From: Eledone cirrhosa
Taxonomy: Eukaryota
Assembly (NCBI GenBank): GCA_964016885.1
Contig: OZ024742.1
Location: 132,060,001-132,124,000 of the forward strand
Length of the DNA: 64,000 nucleotides
Direction: 5' to 3'
The notes beneath the pieces were generated by a model, which saw only the letters and a program-made list of their open reading frames with translations, had not been told where the DNA came from and did no database searches. A program made the translations under genes and the position numbers. Positions 1 through 13,244 of this stretch are shown in pieces; within the stretch, counting starts at the first letter, position 1; every line of letters starts with the position of its first letter.

Positions 1-265
1 TTGCTACATACACACACACGTATATATATATGTATATATACAGTAGCGGACAGGGTTAAAAAATATTGGTTGCTTCGAGATTAAGGGGGCCCTCCTACAT
101 ATAGAATGCTCTCATTAATTTTTATAATGAATAAATAATATAAAAAAAAAAATACATAAGTGCAAACAAAACAGCGCAAAAATATCTTACACTATCCAAT
201 AGAAAATATGTATTTTGCAAAATCCAGAGACTTTCAATATTGACCATTGGTCTTTGACACTCATT

Positions 266-323
<58 letters not shown>

Positions 324-407
324 ATAATAATAAATGTAAAGATTCTGTTAAGGGTGAAAGCAGCAATTCTTTGCTTAAACTTTAATCTGTTGTTTTAATA
401 TATATAC

Positions 408-493
<86 letters not shown>

Positions 494-495
<2 letters not shown>

Positions 496-697
496 CAAAG
501 AAAGTGTGGTAAGGAACCAGGTTGGCCATAACGTACCACAGTACTCGATACTCAGGGTAGTAGAGTGGGTAATAGGAAAAGAGTCAGGACCCCGAATGCT
601 GAGCTCCGGCCGTTTCCACAATTAGATCCTTTCGGATCTAACTTTGGAAACGGCCGGAATTTAGCCATCCGGGGGGATGGGGGTGCTGGACTCTTTT

Positions 698-703
<6 letters not shown>
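494..703 (-). mobile_element. Short fold-back element in (TA)n, family A, probable PLE pLTR relic
   Basis: Roughly 130-bp hairpin at 572-702 plus a conserved tail. Homologues at 2175, 14682 and 56655, all flanked by (TA)n. Confidence 0.7.
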
Positions 704-748
<45 letters not shown>

Positions 749-751
<3 letters not shown>

Positions 752-1222
752 TTTGTGTTTGTGTGGTAATTCTGGTCTGAAGTTTGATCCAAGTTGGATC
801 TAGGGTTCCCGGTAAAACCTTTTAGTTTTTTTTCTATGCGATGTAAAATCAAAACTGAAAAAGATTACATGTACCTTTCGAGCAGGGTTGAGCCCAAAAC
901 GTGGATCTCCACCCTCAATAGGACCTACAGCCAATCCACTGAATCATTTACGTAAACCAACCGAAAATTCATACTTAGGAACTTACTTTCAAAACTTTCA
1001 AAACAAAATGTTATGGTGTCTTTCATGTCTTTCTTAATGTTATTGTTCCTACAGTATATTTCTAAATCATAAGGGAGCTACTACAATCACATTTTGTTCC
1101 TCTTCTATCAAGACTATAGTTTAAGCTGTAATCGATGTTTCCTTTCTATTGCACCTCATTTCTCCACCCCTCTCTCTTTCTATTTGTGATATTTGAATCT
1201 ACTATGACTTGGGATTACGTTA

Positions 1223-1226
<4 letters not shown>
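749..1226. repeat. Unclassified interspersed repeat
   Basis: Duplicated at 2418-2896, with a diverged homologue at about 7900-8190 (aaaatcaaaact..aaattacatgtacct, ctactttcaaaattttcaaa). Confidence 0.7.
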
Positions 1227-1300
<74 letters not shown>

Positions 1301-1444
1301 TGTGTGTACATATAAAGATATATAAGTGCCAGAAGAAAGTTTCACTAATTTGATGCCTCTTGTAGTCTGGAGGTATGGTCAAACGTGGGCATTGAAACCC
1401 TGTATAGTAACTTTGTTCCGTGTATGAACATAAATAAATAATAT

Positions 1445-1628
1445 AATTGTTTCGACTTTAGGCACAATGCCAGCAAATAAAGTACATTACTGGTACTTTA
1501 TTTTATCGACCCCGTAAGGATGAAAGGCAAAGTTAACCTCGGCGGGATTTGAACTCAAATCGTAAAGGGACGTAACTATGCTAGAAAGCATGGCGTCCAA
1601 CCCTCTAGCGATACTGCCAATTCACCAA
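1445..1628 (-). mobile_element. tRNA-derived SINE, family 1
   Basis: Minus strand shows a B-box-like gagttcaaatcc and the central gcctttcatccttacggggtcgataaaataaagtaccag. At least 7 copies in the window. Confidence 0.85.
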
Positions 1629-1962
1629 ATAATATAATATACCTGCTTCCTTCCCGATTGAGCAATTTTCCTTTTCCCCTTTCAAACCTATGGATATTGC
1701 TACATACACACACACGTATATATATATGTATATATACAGTAGCGGACAGGGTTAACAAATATTGGTTGCTTCGAGATTAAGGGGGCCCTCCTACATATAG
1801 AATGCTCTCATTAATTTTTATAATGAATAAATAATATAAAAAAAAAAAATACATAAGTGCAAACAAAACAGCGCAAAAATATCTTACACTATCCAATAGA
1901 AAATATGTATTTTGCAAAATCCAGAGACTTTCAATATTGACCATTGGTCTTTGACACTCATT

Positions 1963-2048
<86 letters not shown>

Positions 2049-2117
2049 ATAATAATAAATGTAAAGATTCTGTTAAGGGTGAAAGCAGCAATTCTTTGCT
2101 TAAACTTTAATCTGTTG

Positions 2118-2174
<57 letters not shown>

Positions 2175-2176
<2 letters not shown>

Positions 2177-2382
2177 CAAAGAAAGTGTGGTAAGGAACCA
2201 GGTTGGCCATAACGTACCAGAGTACTCGATACTCAGGGTAGTAGAGTGGGTAATAGGAAAAGAGTCAGGACCCCGACGTCTGAGCTCCGGCCGTTTCCAC
2301 AGTTAGATCCTTTCGGATCTAACTTTGGAAACGGCCGGAATTTAGCCATCGGCGGGGGGGGGGGGGGGCTGGACTCTTTTCC

Positions 2383-2385
<3 letters not shown>
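2175..2385 (-). mobile_element. Fold-back element family A, duplicated copy
   Basis: Copy of 494-703 inside the duplication. Confidence 0.7.
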
Positions 2386-2418
<33 letters not shown>

Positions 2419-2892
2419 GGTTTGTGTTTGTGTGGTAATTCTGGTCTGAAGTTTGATCCAAGTTGGGTCTAGGGTTCCCGGTAAAACCTTTTATTTTTTT
2501 TTCTATGCGATGTAAAATCAAAACTGAAAAAGATTACATGTACCTTTCGAGCAGGGTTGAGCCCAAAACGTGGATCTCCACCCTCAATAGGACCTACAGC
2601 CAATCCACTGAGTCATTTACGTAAACCAACCGAAAATTCATACTTAGGAACTTACTTTCAAAATTTTCAAAACAAAATGTTATGGTGTCTTTCATGTCTT
2701 TCTTAATGTTATTGTTCCTACAGTATATTTCTAAATCATAAGGGAGCTACTACAATCACATTTTGTTCCTCTTCTATCAAGACTATAGTTTAAGCTGTAA
2801 TCGATGTTTCCTTTCTATTGCACCTCATTTCTCCACCCCCTCTCTCTTTCTATTTGTGATATTTGAATCTACTATGACTTGGGCTTACGTTA

Positions 2893-2963
<71 letters not shown>

Positions 2964-3946
2964 TTGCATGTTAGATTGAAACTTACAATGATTGGCATTT
3001 TATATATATATATTGAAAAAAAAAAATATATATATATGTAATTCAGCGCCGAAACATCGGTTCGGGATACATTTACAGCTGACGATGGAAACTCCTTTCT
3101 TCCTTTCTCCTCCTGTTCCGTCCTAACCACCATCCTAAACCTTGATTTTAGTAACCACACAGCTCCTTTCGTTTCATAACTACATATATATATCAGTTGT
3201 ATTCCCGTCTGTTTTCGTTTGTTTGTTTGTTTGATTGTTCACGAACTCCCCCTATGGTTTTGGAGATAGACCCCCATAACCATATATATTCTGAAGCTAC
3301 ATTGCCCAGCGGACTTGGATAAGTAATTTTCATTTTAATCAAAAGGTTTTCCGGGGGCACAATCCACCGCTGCAAACCCCCGCTGAAAATCTTTTCCCTT
3401 CGATTTATATGAAAGTTATCCCAGAGGTAAATGATAGGAGATATATGCCTACACACAAAATCTCAGCAAATTCCAATAATATTAAGACACCCTAATGGGG
3501 CTTAAACCCCCTATAGTGAACATTTTGGAAGCCCATAACTTGAGTATTGGAACCTCTATTATCACGGGGGTTTTCTATTAATTAAACGTAAATCAACAAA
3601 AAAAGCACCCCTCTTTTTGCATGTGGATTATTTGCATCACTGAATTTACTTTTCTGTGGCATAAGGGATGTTTGAAAAAAAATTAAAGGGAAAATCTTAA
3701 AAAAGTAGAGGCATTAATTAATAATTTTTGTTGTCATAATTCTAGTGATGTTTTGCCATAGATAAACATGTCTAAATTAGCCTAATTGTACTATAAAAGA
3801 GAGGTGCTTTTTTTGTTGATTTGACTAATTTAGACATTTTATCTATGGCAAAACATCACTAGAATTATGACAACAAATATTATTAGTTAATGCCTCTACT
3901 TTTTTTAGCATTTTCCCTTTATTTTATTCTTTTTCAGATATCCCTT

Positions 3947-6900
3947 ATGCCACTGAAAGAAAAGTCCAGTTATGCAAATAATCCACATGCAAAAAGTATG
4001 AGGCTTCGTCGTCAATCTGAAAGCTGTGATGCAAGGGAAGAACGACTTTCTAGCCAAAGACAGAGGCAAACAGAGTCTCGGCAAAATGAAAGCTGTGATG
4101 CAAGGGAAGAACGACTTTACATGCAATGACAGAGGCAAACAGATTCTCGGCAAAATGAAAGTAGTTATGCATGGGAAGAACGACTTTCTAGCCAAAGACA
4201 GAGGCAAACAGAGCCTCGGCAAAATGAAACCTTTGGTGAGCACAAAGAAAGACAGGAACAAAATAGATTTCGCCATATAGTTGCAAGATGAAATTACTCT
4301 GAAGAAGAAAGACAGTAGCATTTGATTGCTGATAGAAACATCTATCACAATTTAAGACACCGTGAGATTCAAAATGCTAAACGTTCTGCATTACTGTATG
4401 ACAAAAATGACCCATGTAACAAGGCTGCAATTGGAGAAATGACCAAACTTTGTCAGTGTGGCGCTAAGAAGTTTACTGGAGAATCACCAGGAATGTGCTG
4501 TGGAAATGGAAACGTTACACTGGATCAATTTCCATGTCTGCCTCAGTTATTTCAAAAACGTTTCACTGGAGAAAGTCAATTCACCAAACACTTTTTGTCA
4601 GGGTTCAGGGAGTACAACACTCTGTTTGCAATGACCAGCTTTGGTCACATAGATGCATCTGTCCAAGGTTGGAATCCATCTGTAAGAATCCAAGGTCAAA
4701 GTTACCATCAACTTGGGTCATTGATACCTTCTGAAGATAGAAGAACAAGATACATCAAGTTTACTATTTGGATTCTTTGGAAGATCAAATGAGAGAAAGA
4801 GGTGACCATCAAAACTTGAATACTGATATATTAGAGAGAATTACAGCCTGGTTAAATGAAAAATAATCTTTATGCGGGGGAGCTAAAGACTGCGCTAGCG
4901 CAAGTGCGGCAAGGAAACATAAATGACAAGAAAATTGTGATTCGGGAAAATAAGCATGCAGAAGGAGAACATGCTAGGCGTTTTAATGCACCAACAGGGG
5001 CTGAAGCTGCAATTTTAATGTCAAATGAGCCTACAGAAAATAGAAATATTGTTCGTCAGTTGAAAAAAGGTGGATTGAGGTGAATTTCAGAGCTACATCG
5101 ATCCTATGAACATTTGGTGTATCCATTGTTTGTTCCATATGGAACAGACGGCTACCACATATATTTGGAAAGAATAAGTGGCCGGAAAGTCACACAGTTG
5201 CAGTTTTACTCTTTCCATATTATATGCAGAGTAGGGAACTACCTCTTGCTTGGAAGGCGACTCTTCCTACAATTCTTGGTTGATGCATACTGCAAAACAG
5301 AAACTGAAGAGAACAGCAGAAATGCGTGCTGAAAATTACTCAGATTTAAGTGATAATCTGCCTGCTACTGATGGAGATCCAAATTAAGTTTGTCATCACA
5401 TTGTTCTTCCAGCGACCTATACTGGTGGTCCCCGATACCTTCATGAAAAAAGGGCAGATGCGATGGCCTTCGTGAGACACTACGGAAGAGCAGATTACTA
5501 CTTTTTAACTATGACATGTAATCCACGTTGGCCCGAAATTGTTGACAATTGGCTCCCGGACAAGAGAGTCATGATCGATCCGATATTGTTGTGAATCTTC
5601 AGATTAAAAGTGAACAACTTTATGGAAGATATGAAGAGGGGAATAGTTAGGACTTTGCAAGCATGGCTGTACACCATTGAGTGCCAGAAGAGAGGTTTGC
5701 CCCATGCACACTTTCTTTTCTGGATATCTCCAGAGCACAAAATTAAATCCGAAGAATATGATTTGGCAATTTTTGCAGAAATTCTTAACAAAATGAAAGA
5801 TAAAGAACTCCATGATCTAGTCATTAAACACATGATCCATGGCCGATGTGGTCCTCTAAATGAAGGATCCCCATGTATTGTCGACAGAAAATGTTCCAAA
5901 AAATTCCCCAAAGGTTTCCTGCAAGCCACTGAACAAGGGAATGACTCCTATCCGAAACATAGAAGGAGATGGCAAGAAGATGGTGATCATATTGGCAAGA
6001 TCAAAATGAGACAATATGGATGTCAAGTTGAGCAAGAAATCACCAATCAACCGGTAGTGCCTTACAATGCCTATTTTTTTGCGACAATTCAACTGTCATA
6101 TCAATGTTGAAATCTTCTCATCAATTCATTCAATCAAGTATTGCATCAAATACATATGAAAAATCAAGCTGTTTTTGACTTACACAATGCTTCACAAGTC
6201 AATAGTCCAGAACCACAGGTGAATGCTGAAATCAGCCAATACCAAAACATGAGATATGTGTCATCATTAGAAGCAGCATGGTGGATTCTTGAGCATCCTA
6301 CACATGTGCATTTCCCACTAGATGTTGGTGTGGCAATTCATCTTGAGAATGAAAAAAGAGTGCTTTTTCGTGACGAAAATGCATTAGAGAGCTGTTGGCC
6401 GTCCACCTCCTACAACTTTGACAGGTATTTTGCAGCTCTGTCAAGATGATGACTTTGCAAAGACATTGAAGTATGCTGAACTACTACAATATTATATTTG
6501 GATTAAAAATACAAAGAAATGGAATCGTCGCAAGAGAGATACTTTGATTGATGGAGTCAATGAAGATGAGCCAGTTTGGAAAGCTCCGGCCAGTGGCAGG
6601 ATGTACACAATCACCCGAAGATTTGGACGGCGTTATTTGTTGAGACTTCTCCTGAACGAAGTGAGTGGACCAATTTCATTCTAAGATCTAAAAATAGTTG
6701 ATGGTATTCTATGCACAGCATTCAGGATCTTGCCTTGACAGATGGTCTTTGGAGAATGATGACCATTTACAACTTGCCATGCAAGAAGCAAGAATTTCTC
6801 AGTCACCTGCAAACATGAGATGCCATAATTTTGACAGCTTGTTCGCCAAGGTTCAAGCTTTCTATGGGAGATATTCTAAGAAAAATTGTCAGAATATTAT

Positions 6901-7622
6901 TTAATGCAACATCGCAGGTCTATGAATGATCCAGATGCTCCAGTCTCAGATTTTATATTCAATCAAGTTTTGTGTCATTTGGAATACAGAGTTCTCAGGA
7001 TGGGAGGATATGTTTTGACAACATATGGCTTACCAAAATCATTCCATGTTGATAATGATCAGCTTTGCCACGAATACAGTCGTGAGACCAACTACAATCA
7101 GGAGGAGTTGGCAGTTCGGGTTGATGAACAATATCAAAAATTGACAGAGAATCAAAAGAGTGCTTATATAGCTCTTTTGGAGATGGTGAATGGTGAAAGA
7201 GAAGATGATATAAACATTATATTTCTTGATGCACCTGGAGAAACAGGTAAGATATATTTGCAAACCTTAATTCTAGCAAAAATGAGGTCAGAAGAAAACA
7301 TCGTGCTGGCAACGACATCAAGTGGTATTTCAGAAACATTGTTGGAAGGAGGACGTACTTTGCATAGCACTTTCAAAGTACCACTGGACACATACAGAAT
7401 GGATGGGCCTACATGTTCAGTTACTCGAAACTCTAACATAGCCAAAGTAATACAGGAAACAAAAGCAACAATTGTTGATGAAGCCACCATGGCTCATAAG
7501 ACTGTTTTCGAAGCTATTGATCGAACTTTACAGGACAACACAGGTTCAAGAAGACAATGGGTGGTATTAAAACTCTACTATCAGTGGACTTCCGTCAAAT
7601 TTTGCCTGTTATGAAAAATGGA
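3947..7622 (+). pseudogene. Helitron Rep/PIF1 helicase (RepHel) pseudogene
   Basis: CQCGAKKF..ESPGMCCGNG, YNTLFAMTSFG, HARRFNAP, HUH motif IECQKRGLPHAHFL, MIHGRCG, YPKHRRR, VVPYN, FLDAPGETGK, ATTSSGISETLLEGGRTLHSTFKVP, IVDEATM. Many stops and frameshifts. Confidence 0.95.
4005..4230 (+). repeat. About 63-bp coding tandem repeat in the Helitron N-terminus
   Basis: About 3.5 units encoding RQNESCDAREERLSSQRQRQTES-like peptide. Confidence 0.85.
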
Positions 7623-8508
7623 ACATATATATATATATGCATATATGTATAATTTATTTGTTAAAATAATCAAATTAAATTAATTCAACAGTTAAACACG
7701 CATAGGAATAATTGGTTGTTACCAAAAGCGCCAGAAGATTGACAAGTCGACCCTGAGCTATTAGTATATGACTAATAGCTCTAGGAAAGCCATGAACGAC
7801 ACCACATGTTTTTAACTTTGATTTTGAAAGTAGGTTTATAATTATTAATTTTCACTATACTGCTGTAACTGACTCGGGGCTTAGTTGTAGGAATCATAGA
7901 CGGTGGTGATCCTGGTCTGAACTTCGATACTGGTCAGGAGTAGGATTCCCGGTAAACGTTTCCAGTTTTTTTTATGGGACATACAAAATCAAAACTAAAA
8001 AAATTACATGTACCTCTCGACCAAGATCGAATCCAAGATCAGGATCTCTAACGGTTCTAGTACATACCACTAGTCCTCTGAGACAGCTACGAAGGTCTGA
8101 AAATTCATATTTATAAACCTACTTTCAAAATTTTCAAAGCAAAATGTTGTGGTGTTTCTTAATGTTATTGCTCTTTCTTAATGTTAGTGCCTATGTTATT
8201 TGCATGCATGAATACACTAACCTTTACAGTTAGTAGAATGTACAATCACTGATTCCAGCTATTTGCACTATCATATATTTTGGTTTCTATTAATTCCCTG
8301 GGAAATTGGATGACCAACTGCTTTATTTAATTGTTTTATTTATTTTAGAAAAAGAATTGTTCTTTCTCTTAGACTTCAGATACTTTTGGCACCTAAAATA
8401 CTAGAGTGGGCCCTGAAAAGTTACCGTGCCCCCCCCCCCCCCCGAGGGGGCCCACATGCCATGGGGGACTTGTCAACCTGGCCAGTCCGCCACTTTATAT
8501 ATATAAAT

Positions 8509-8621
<113 letters not shown>

Positions 8622-8944
8622 CATATGCATGTGTGTTTGTGAGTTTATGCGGGTGTGTATAGGTTACTGCGTTTGTGTGTGTGTGTGTATTCCTTAATGT
8701 TAGGTCTTTAGAAAAGTATTGATTATGATATAATTAAACTTACATTGAAAAATATACTTCCACAATGCATTTGGCAGTAAAGAGTTTTAACCCCGCTTTT
8801 TTGCTTATATTTAGTTATTGTGCTATGATATTGTACTAAGGTCATATTACTTATCTCTCTAAATTTCTCAGTTTATATAAATTCATATATAGATCGAGCC
8901 AAAGAGAGAAAGGGGGAGAAAGTGTGATGTATACATACATACGT

Positions 8945-8980
<36 letters not shown>

Positions 8981-9220
8981 ATTGGTGTGAGAGGCTTAAA
9001 GCGTCCGTAAGCGGTAGGCCGTTTGAGCACTCGATGATCTTACAGAGCAGAGTATGAAAACACATAAGAAACGGAGAATCAGTGTTGCGACGAATAAAAT
9101 GTATTGGACAATCGTTTCTCTGTCTACCAGCTCGAGGTACCATCGTTGTAATGATAGATCCTGACTCTAAAATCGCAGGACCTCTGAGATGTTTCGATTC
9201 TACGTAGAATAGAGACACAC

Positions 9221-9255
<35 letters not shown>

Positions 9256-9344
9256 GTCAGTCGATCGACTTTCGTCAAATCGGAGCGAGGAAACAATGTT
9301 TACATGGGTCCTTCCAATTGCTAATACTATCTATCGGTCGCAAC

Positions 9345-9470
9345 TCCAGGTAGAAGTAGCAACGTGAAATAAAGTGTCTTGCTCAAGGACATAACGCATC
9401 AACCGATCGGGGAATCGAAATTACAACCACGATTGTGAATCTAATTCCCTTCCAATCAGCCACGCGCCTA
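9345..9470 (-). mobile_element. tRNA-derived SINE, family 2 (CORE-like), partial
   Basis: caacgtgaaataaagtgtcttgctcaagg followed by ggggaatcgaa (reverse B box). Homologous to 13245-13575. Confidence 0.7.
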
Positions 9471-9477
9471 TATGTGA

Positions 9478-9512
<35 letters not shown>

Positions 9513-9519
<7 letters not shown>

Positions 9520-10408
9520 ATGCTTTGGGAGGGTCATGTTGCCAATAAGAAACACACGCACCAGATGCTTTCACTTGAATTTATTATAATAAATTTATAA
9601 ATTTAGGAATTTATAAATTTCCGGTCGGTGGTTGGTTCCACAACCAGGTAGTTGTTTATATATTGTCAAAGTTCTTTCGTCACACATTCTGTGACCTCTT
9701 CAGTGACTGGGGATTCTTTTCTTTTTTTTGTGCCTCTCCTTTGTTCTGTCCTATGCCATTTTGTTTCTGTGTGTGTGCTGTGTGCTCAGTCTGCGCATGC
9801 GCCACATCCGGGTGTCTGTGTGTGTTTATATTCGTTTATTTATTTGTTTATTTACATGTTACAGGTTGGTTGTTTGTTCTATGTGCGTGTGTGTTTTCAT
9901 TTTGTCCTTAATTGTAATTTGTGATGTTGCTGTTCCACTCATATGTTCTATTTAATATTGGTTGTAATTCTTTTATGTTTATTGCTTCTGTGATTTGTCT
10001 AAACATTGCGTCTTTTCTGTGTGTAGATACTATTTTTTTTATTTTTTTATTTTTTATTTCTATGTTCTCTCTGAGCACACAACACACACTTAGAAACAAA
10101 ATGGCGTAGGACAGAAAAAAGGAGAGGCACAAAAACAAAGAAAATCATCCCCAGTCACTGAAGAGGTCAGAGAATGTGTGACGAAAGATCTTTGACAATA
10201 TATAAACAGCTACCTGGTTGTGGAACCAATCAACCAACCGGAAAATTATAAATTCATAAATTTATAAATTTATTATAATAAATTGAAGTGAAAGCAATGG
10301 TGCGTGTGTTTCTTATTGGCAACATGACCCTCCCAAAGTATAACAATATCGGTTTCAACATACGTTTTCAGATAAAGAATCTTGCTAAACAAATTCAGAA
10401 ACGAAATA
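9513..10408. mobile_element. Truncated PLE, family B, with inverted pLTRs
   Basis: About 280-bp inverted arms at 9513-9789 and 10071-10348, each with an HHR core. The spacer encodes a GIY-YIG-like C-terminus on the minus strand (RQITEAINIKELQPILNRTYEW). Confidence 0.85.
10154..10196 (+). ncRNA. Type I hammerhead ribozyme motif (mirror copy at 9665-9707 on minus)
   Basis: gtca-CTGAAGA-g-gtcaga gaatg tgtgac-GAAA-gatc-TT-tgac. Confidence 0.75.
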
Positions 10409-10449
10409 TATATATATATATATAAATATATATATACACAGACACATAC

Positions 10450-11470
10450 ATACATGAAAAACTGCATGCTTATCAGCATGGATATGTTGCCAGAAAGCTC
10501 CAGAATGAGAGAAATATAGATAAGGAAAGTAGTCTATCTTGGAGCAACAGCCGCTATATTGGCTCCCACTTTGAAGGATACGTTTTTGCAATCCAAGGAG
10601 ATTAACAGGAGATTAACACGAAATACCTGATTCACAAAAAAGATAGGGATGCAGGCAAAACACCTAGATGTGATAACAAGTGCAGACTCTGCAGAACTAA
10701 CATCGAGGATATCACCCATGTCATCAGCAGCTGTCCAACGATGTCATCGCGGTACTATCTACTTATGAGGCATGATGTAGTGGCCAAAACACTGTACAAT
10801 GCAGTTCGTAAAAAAGATAGCCCCGATAATAAACACATTAAAAGCTACAGCAATGTGGAAGATATCCACGTACATAATATGAAATAGTACTGGTGGAATG
10901 TTCCAGTAAAAACCCCAATAAAATGCAGGCATAACAGACCAGATATTATAATGAGACAGTAGTGGAAATTAGCTACCTAGCAGATGCCAATATAATATCA
11001 AAGATTAGTGAAAAGGAGAATATTTATGCAGAACTGACGAGAAATCTGCAGATATTCCATCCTGATTACACCTTCAGATTTATGCCTGTGATTATTGGGG
11101 CACTGGGGTATGTTAGTAACTGTCTCAATACAAATCTTGAGAAGCTAGGCTTCACGGGAACAGAAAGAACACAACTAGTTAAGAAATTACAAGTACAATC
11201 CATTAATGGAATAGTAAAAATATGTAAAACATTCCAAATAGTTTGCATCTAATAACTGCATATACACATGTACAGATGCAAAGCATATACACATGCACAA
11301 ATGCAACTCAAAACATACACATCCACACATACAATAACATCCATATCTACACATGCATGCATACATATCTACCTAGTTGATGTTGTGTAAATTCCAATGA
11401 GAGAGTCTTGTCTATGTTAGAAACCGACTCTCTCTCTATTGGTAAAACTTTGTGAAATTATAAAACCAGA
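10450..11470 (+). mobile_element. 3' fragment of an RLE-type non-LTR retrotransposon (R4/Dong-like)
   Basis: CRLCRTNIEDITHVISSC knuckle, RHDVVAK, HNRPDII, VEIS..D, K..IY, PVIIGALG. Confidence 0.85.
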
Positions 11471-11504
11471 AGAACATACATTCATACATACATATATAAT
11501 TATA

Positions 11505-12198
11505 GTTATAAAGTAACCGGAGACTGGACTGGTGTAATTCCTTAAAAGGTTTATTATACTATTATAATTTCAATGACCGGGTTCAGTATGAATCCGGTGA
11601 CATCATCAGGTATTCGAAATACAGCAAAGGAATATCATAGACAAAATCCATGACTTGGTGCTGAAAGTCAGAGGCATGATGGCGGTCGACCATTTAGCAG
11701 CTACCAGCCCGGTCAACCGCCCTCAAGTGATGATTATTAAGTCTACTTGTGTCCTTGTGGTGGAGGAGCGTAGGCTTATATTGTACTACTATCAACCTCT
11801 CTCCTGATAGCTTTGCGTATGGCGTTGGTGGTTTCCTCGCCGAGATGTGGGGTCTTGAAGAAGCAACTCTTACTTGTTTTGGTCCGGTCTCTGTGTCGGG
11901 GGTTTCGTCGTGGGATGGAGAAGGAAACTCAGTAGCCATTAATCTCATCTCTAACACCCTGTGAAATCCTCTGGTATGGGTGGCTTTATTAGCAGCGTCA
12001 CTACATCGGTTGCTTATGCGAGCCATTTCGTTGAAGATATAGAGCTATTGGGGAGGGCAGATTTGTAGAGCACAAACAGGTCCCTGCTATCAGAGATGTT
12101 CAGTCTGAAATCAAGTAAAGCGAGGGACGCGGTGTCGGTGGGATGTTCGATGCTGAATTTGATGTTATTCTCAGCATTGTTGGTAGATTCGAAAATCT
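11505..12198 (-). mobile_element. Degraded PLE fragment
   Basis: Minus-strand IKFSIEHP...LALLDF (PLE RT thumb) and a decayed CTGATGA...GAA-ccggtc HHR-like motif at about 11573-11612. Confidence 0.65.
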
Positions 12199-12626
12199 TA
12201 TATATATATATATAATAAGGAGTTGACGGACCCAGCATATTTATCAATACCAGGACCGGTTGTATCTCAGCGTACTCAATAGGCAATGTAGGATACATAT
12301 TTATTCGCTTCAATACAACACACGTAAAACGGGTGCCTATAATAGTTCCCGGACTCGAGTTTCGGCCACACTTAATGCAGCACTAGGGTGCACTGCATCA
12401 TCTATCTGTATATATTATGCAACAATGCATAATCGGTGTATGTGGCTTCATCAGCGTGTATCGCCTAATCAATAACCAATCGATCGACATAATCTATATA
12501 TATATATATATATAAAATCTCCTATGAGACTATACTACATTTAAATTTTGAGTTGAAATTTCTCAATCTGTCTTTCTAGTTAGATTTATTTATTCTTTGT
12601 TACAATGTATTTTCTCTTTATTTCAG

Positions 12627-12668
12627 AGTACCCTGGTAGAGTGCATAGTAATATTTCTTCAAAGCCAA
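12627..12668 (+). CDS. Candidate 42-bp host microexon, (E)YPGRVHSNISSKP
   Basis: Pyrimidine tract and tttcag acceptor, gtatgt donor, frame-preserving length, non-repetitive context. No homology recognised. Confidence 0.25.
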
Positions 12669-13244
12669 GTATGTAGTTCTGGCAATGTTTATATGTATGT
12701 GGGGGCATGAAACTATACATACTAAGCAAACATCAAGTTCTAGAAAATCAAACTTTCCAGTTGTCTTCCTGTTTCTCCTACAACAACTACAACGGTACGC
12801 AATGGGACGAATCAATTGTAAACATGTGTTCCCTGTATATGGGGAAGTCTAGCTTATATTTTCTTTGGTGTGATCTCATGCATCACTTGAAGTTGAAACA
12901 TTCTGCGTTCATTTGCAACCAGCGTCTGAAAGTAGTGCACGCCATGTTGATCTTTCCATTACAGGGAGGCGAACCTCCGCTGACGACACGCTCGCACGCC
13001 TAATTACGTAATGTGTACTGACATTACCTAATATTCTTCACATGGTGTTCCGTTCGCAACATTCTCTGCAGGTCGGACCGTAGAAACTGATTCTTAAGTC
13101 TGGATATATCAATTATATTACCCACAAGAAGTCGCCTTCCTCGCTGATTAACGTATGCGTGCACTCTCACCAGTTGGGTTTGATTTATTGAGTGACTGAG
13201 GAAACGGCTATTCGACAAGCTTCGTCTCTTAATTACATTTATAT

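Larger units (their letters stand above)
1..2900. repeat. Local direct duplication of about 1.2 kb (1-1230 vs 1697-2900)
   Basis: Near-identical sequence starting ttgctacatacacac at 1 and 1697 and ending gggattacgttattcat / gggcttacgttattcat. Copies differ by scattered SNPs and (TA)n lengths. Confidence 0.95.
3183..7622 (+). mobile_element. Decayed, 3'-truncated Helitron
   Basis: 5' region carries (GTTT)n. Fragmented RepHel ORFs follow. Coding sequence stops mid-helicase at a (TA) run. The 5' boundary is approximate. Confidence 0.9.
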
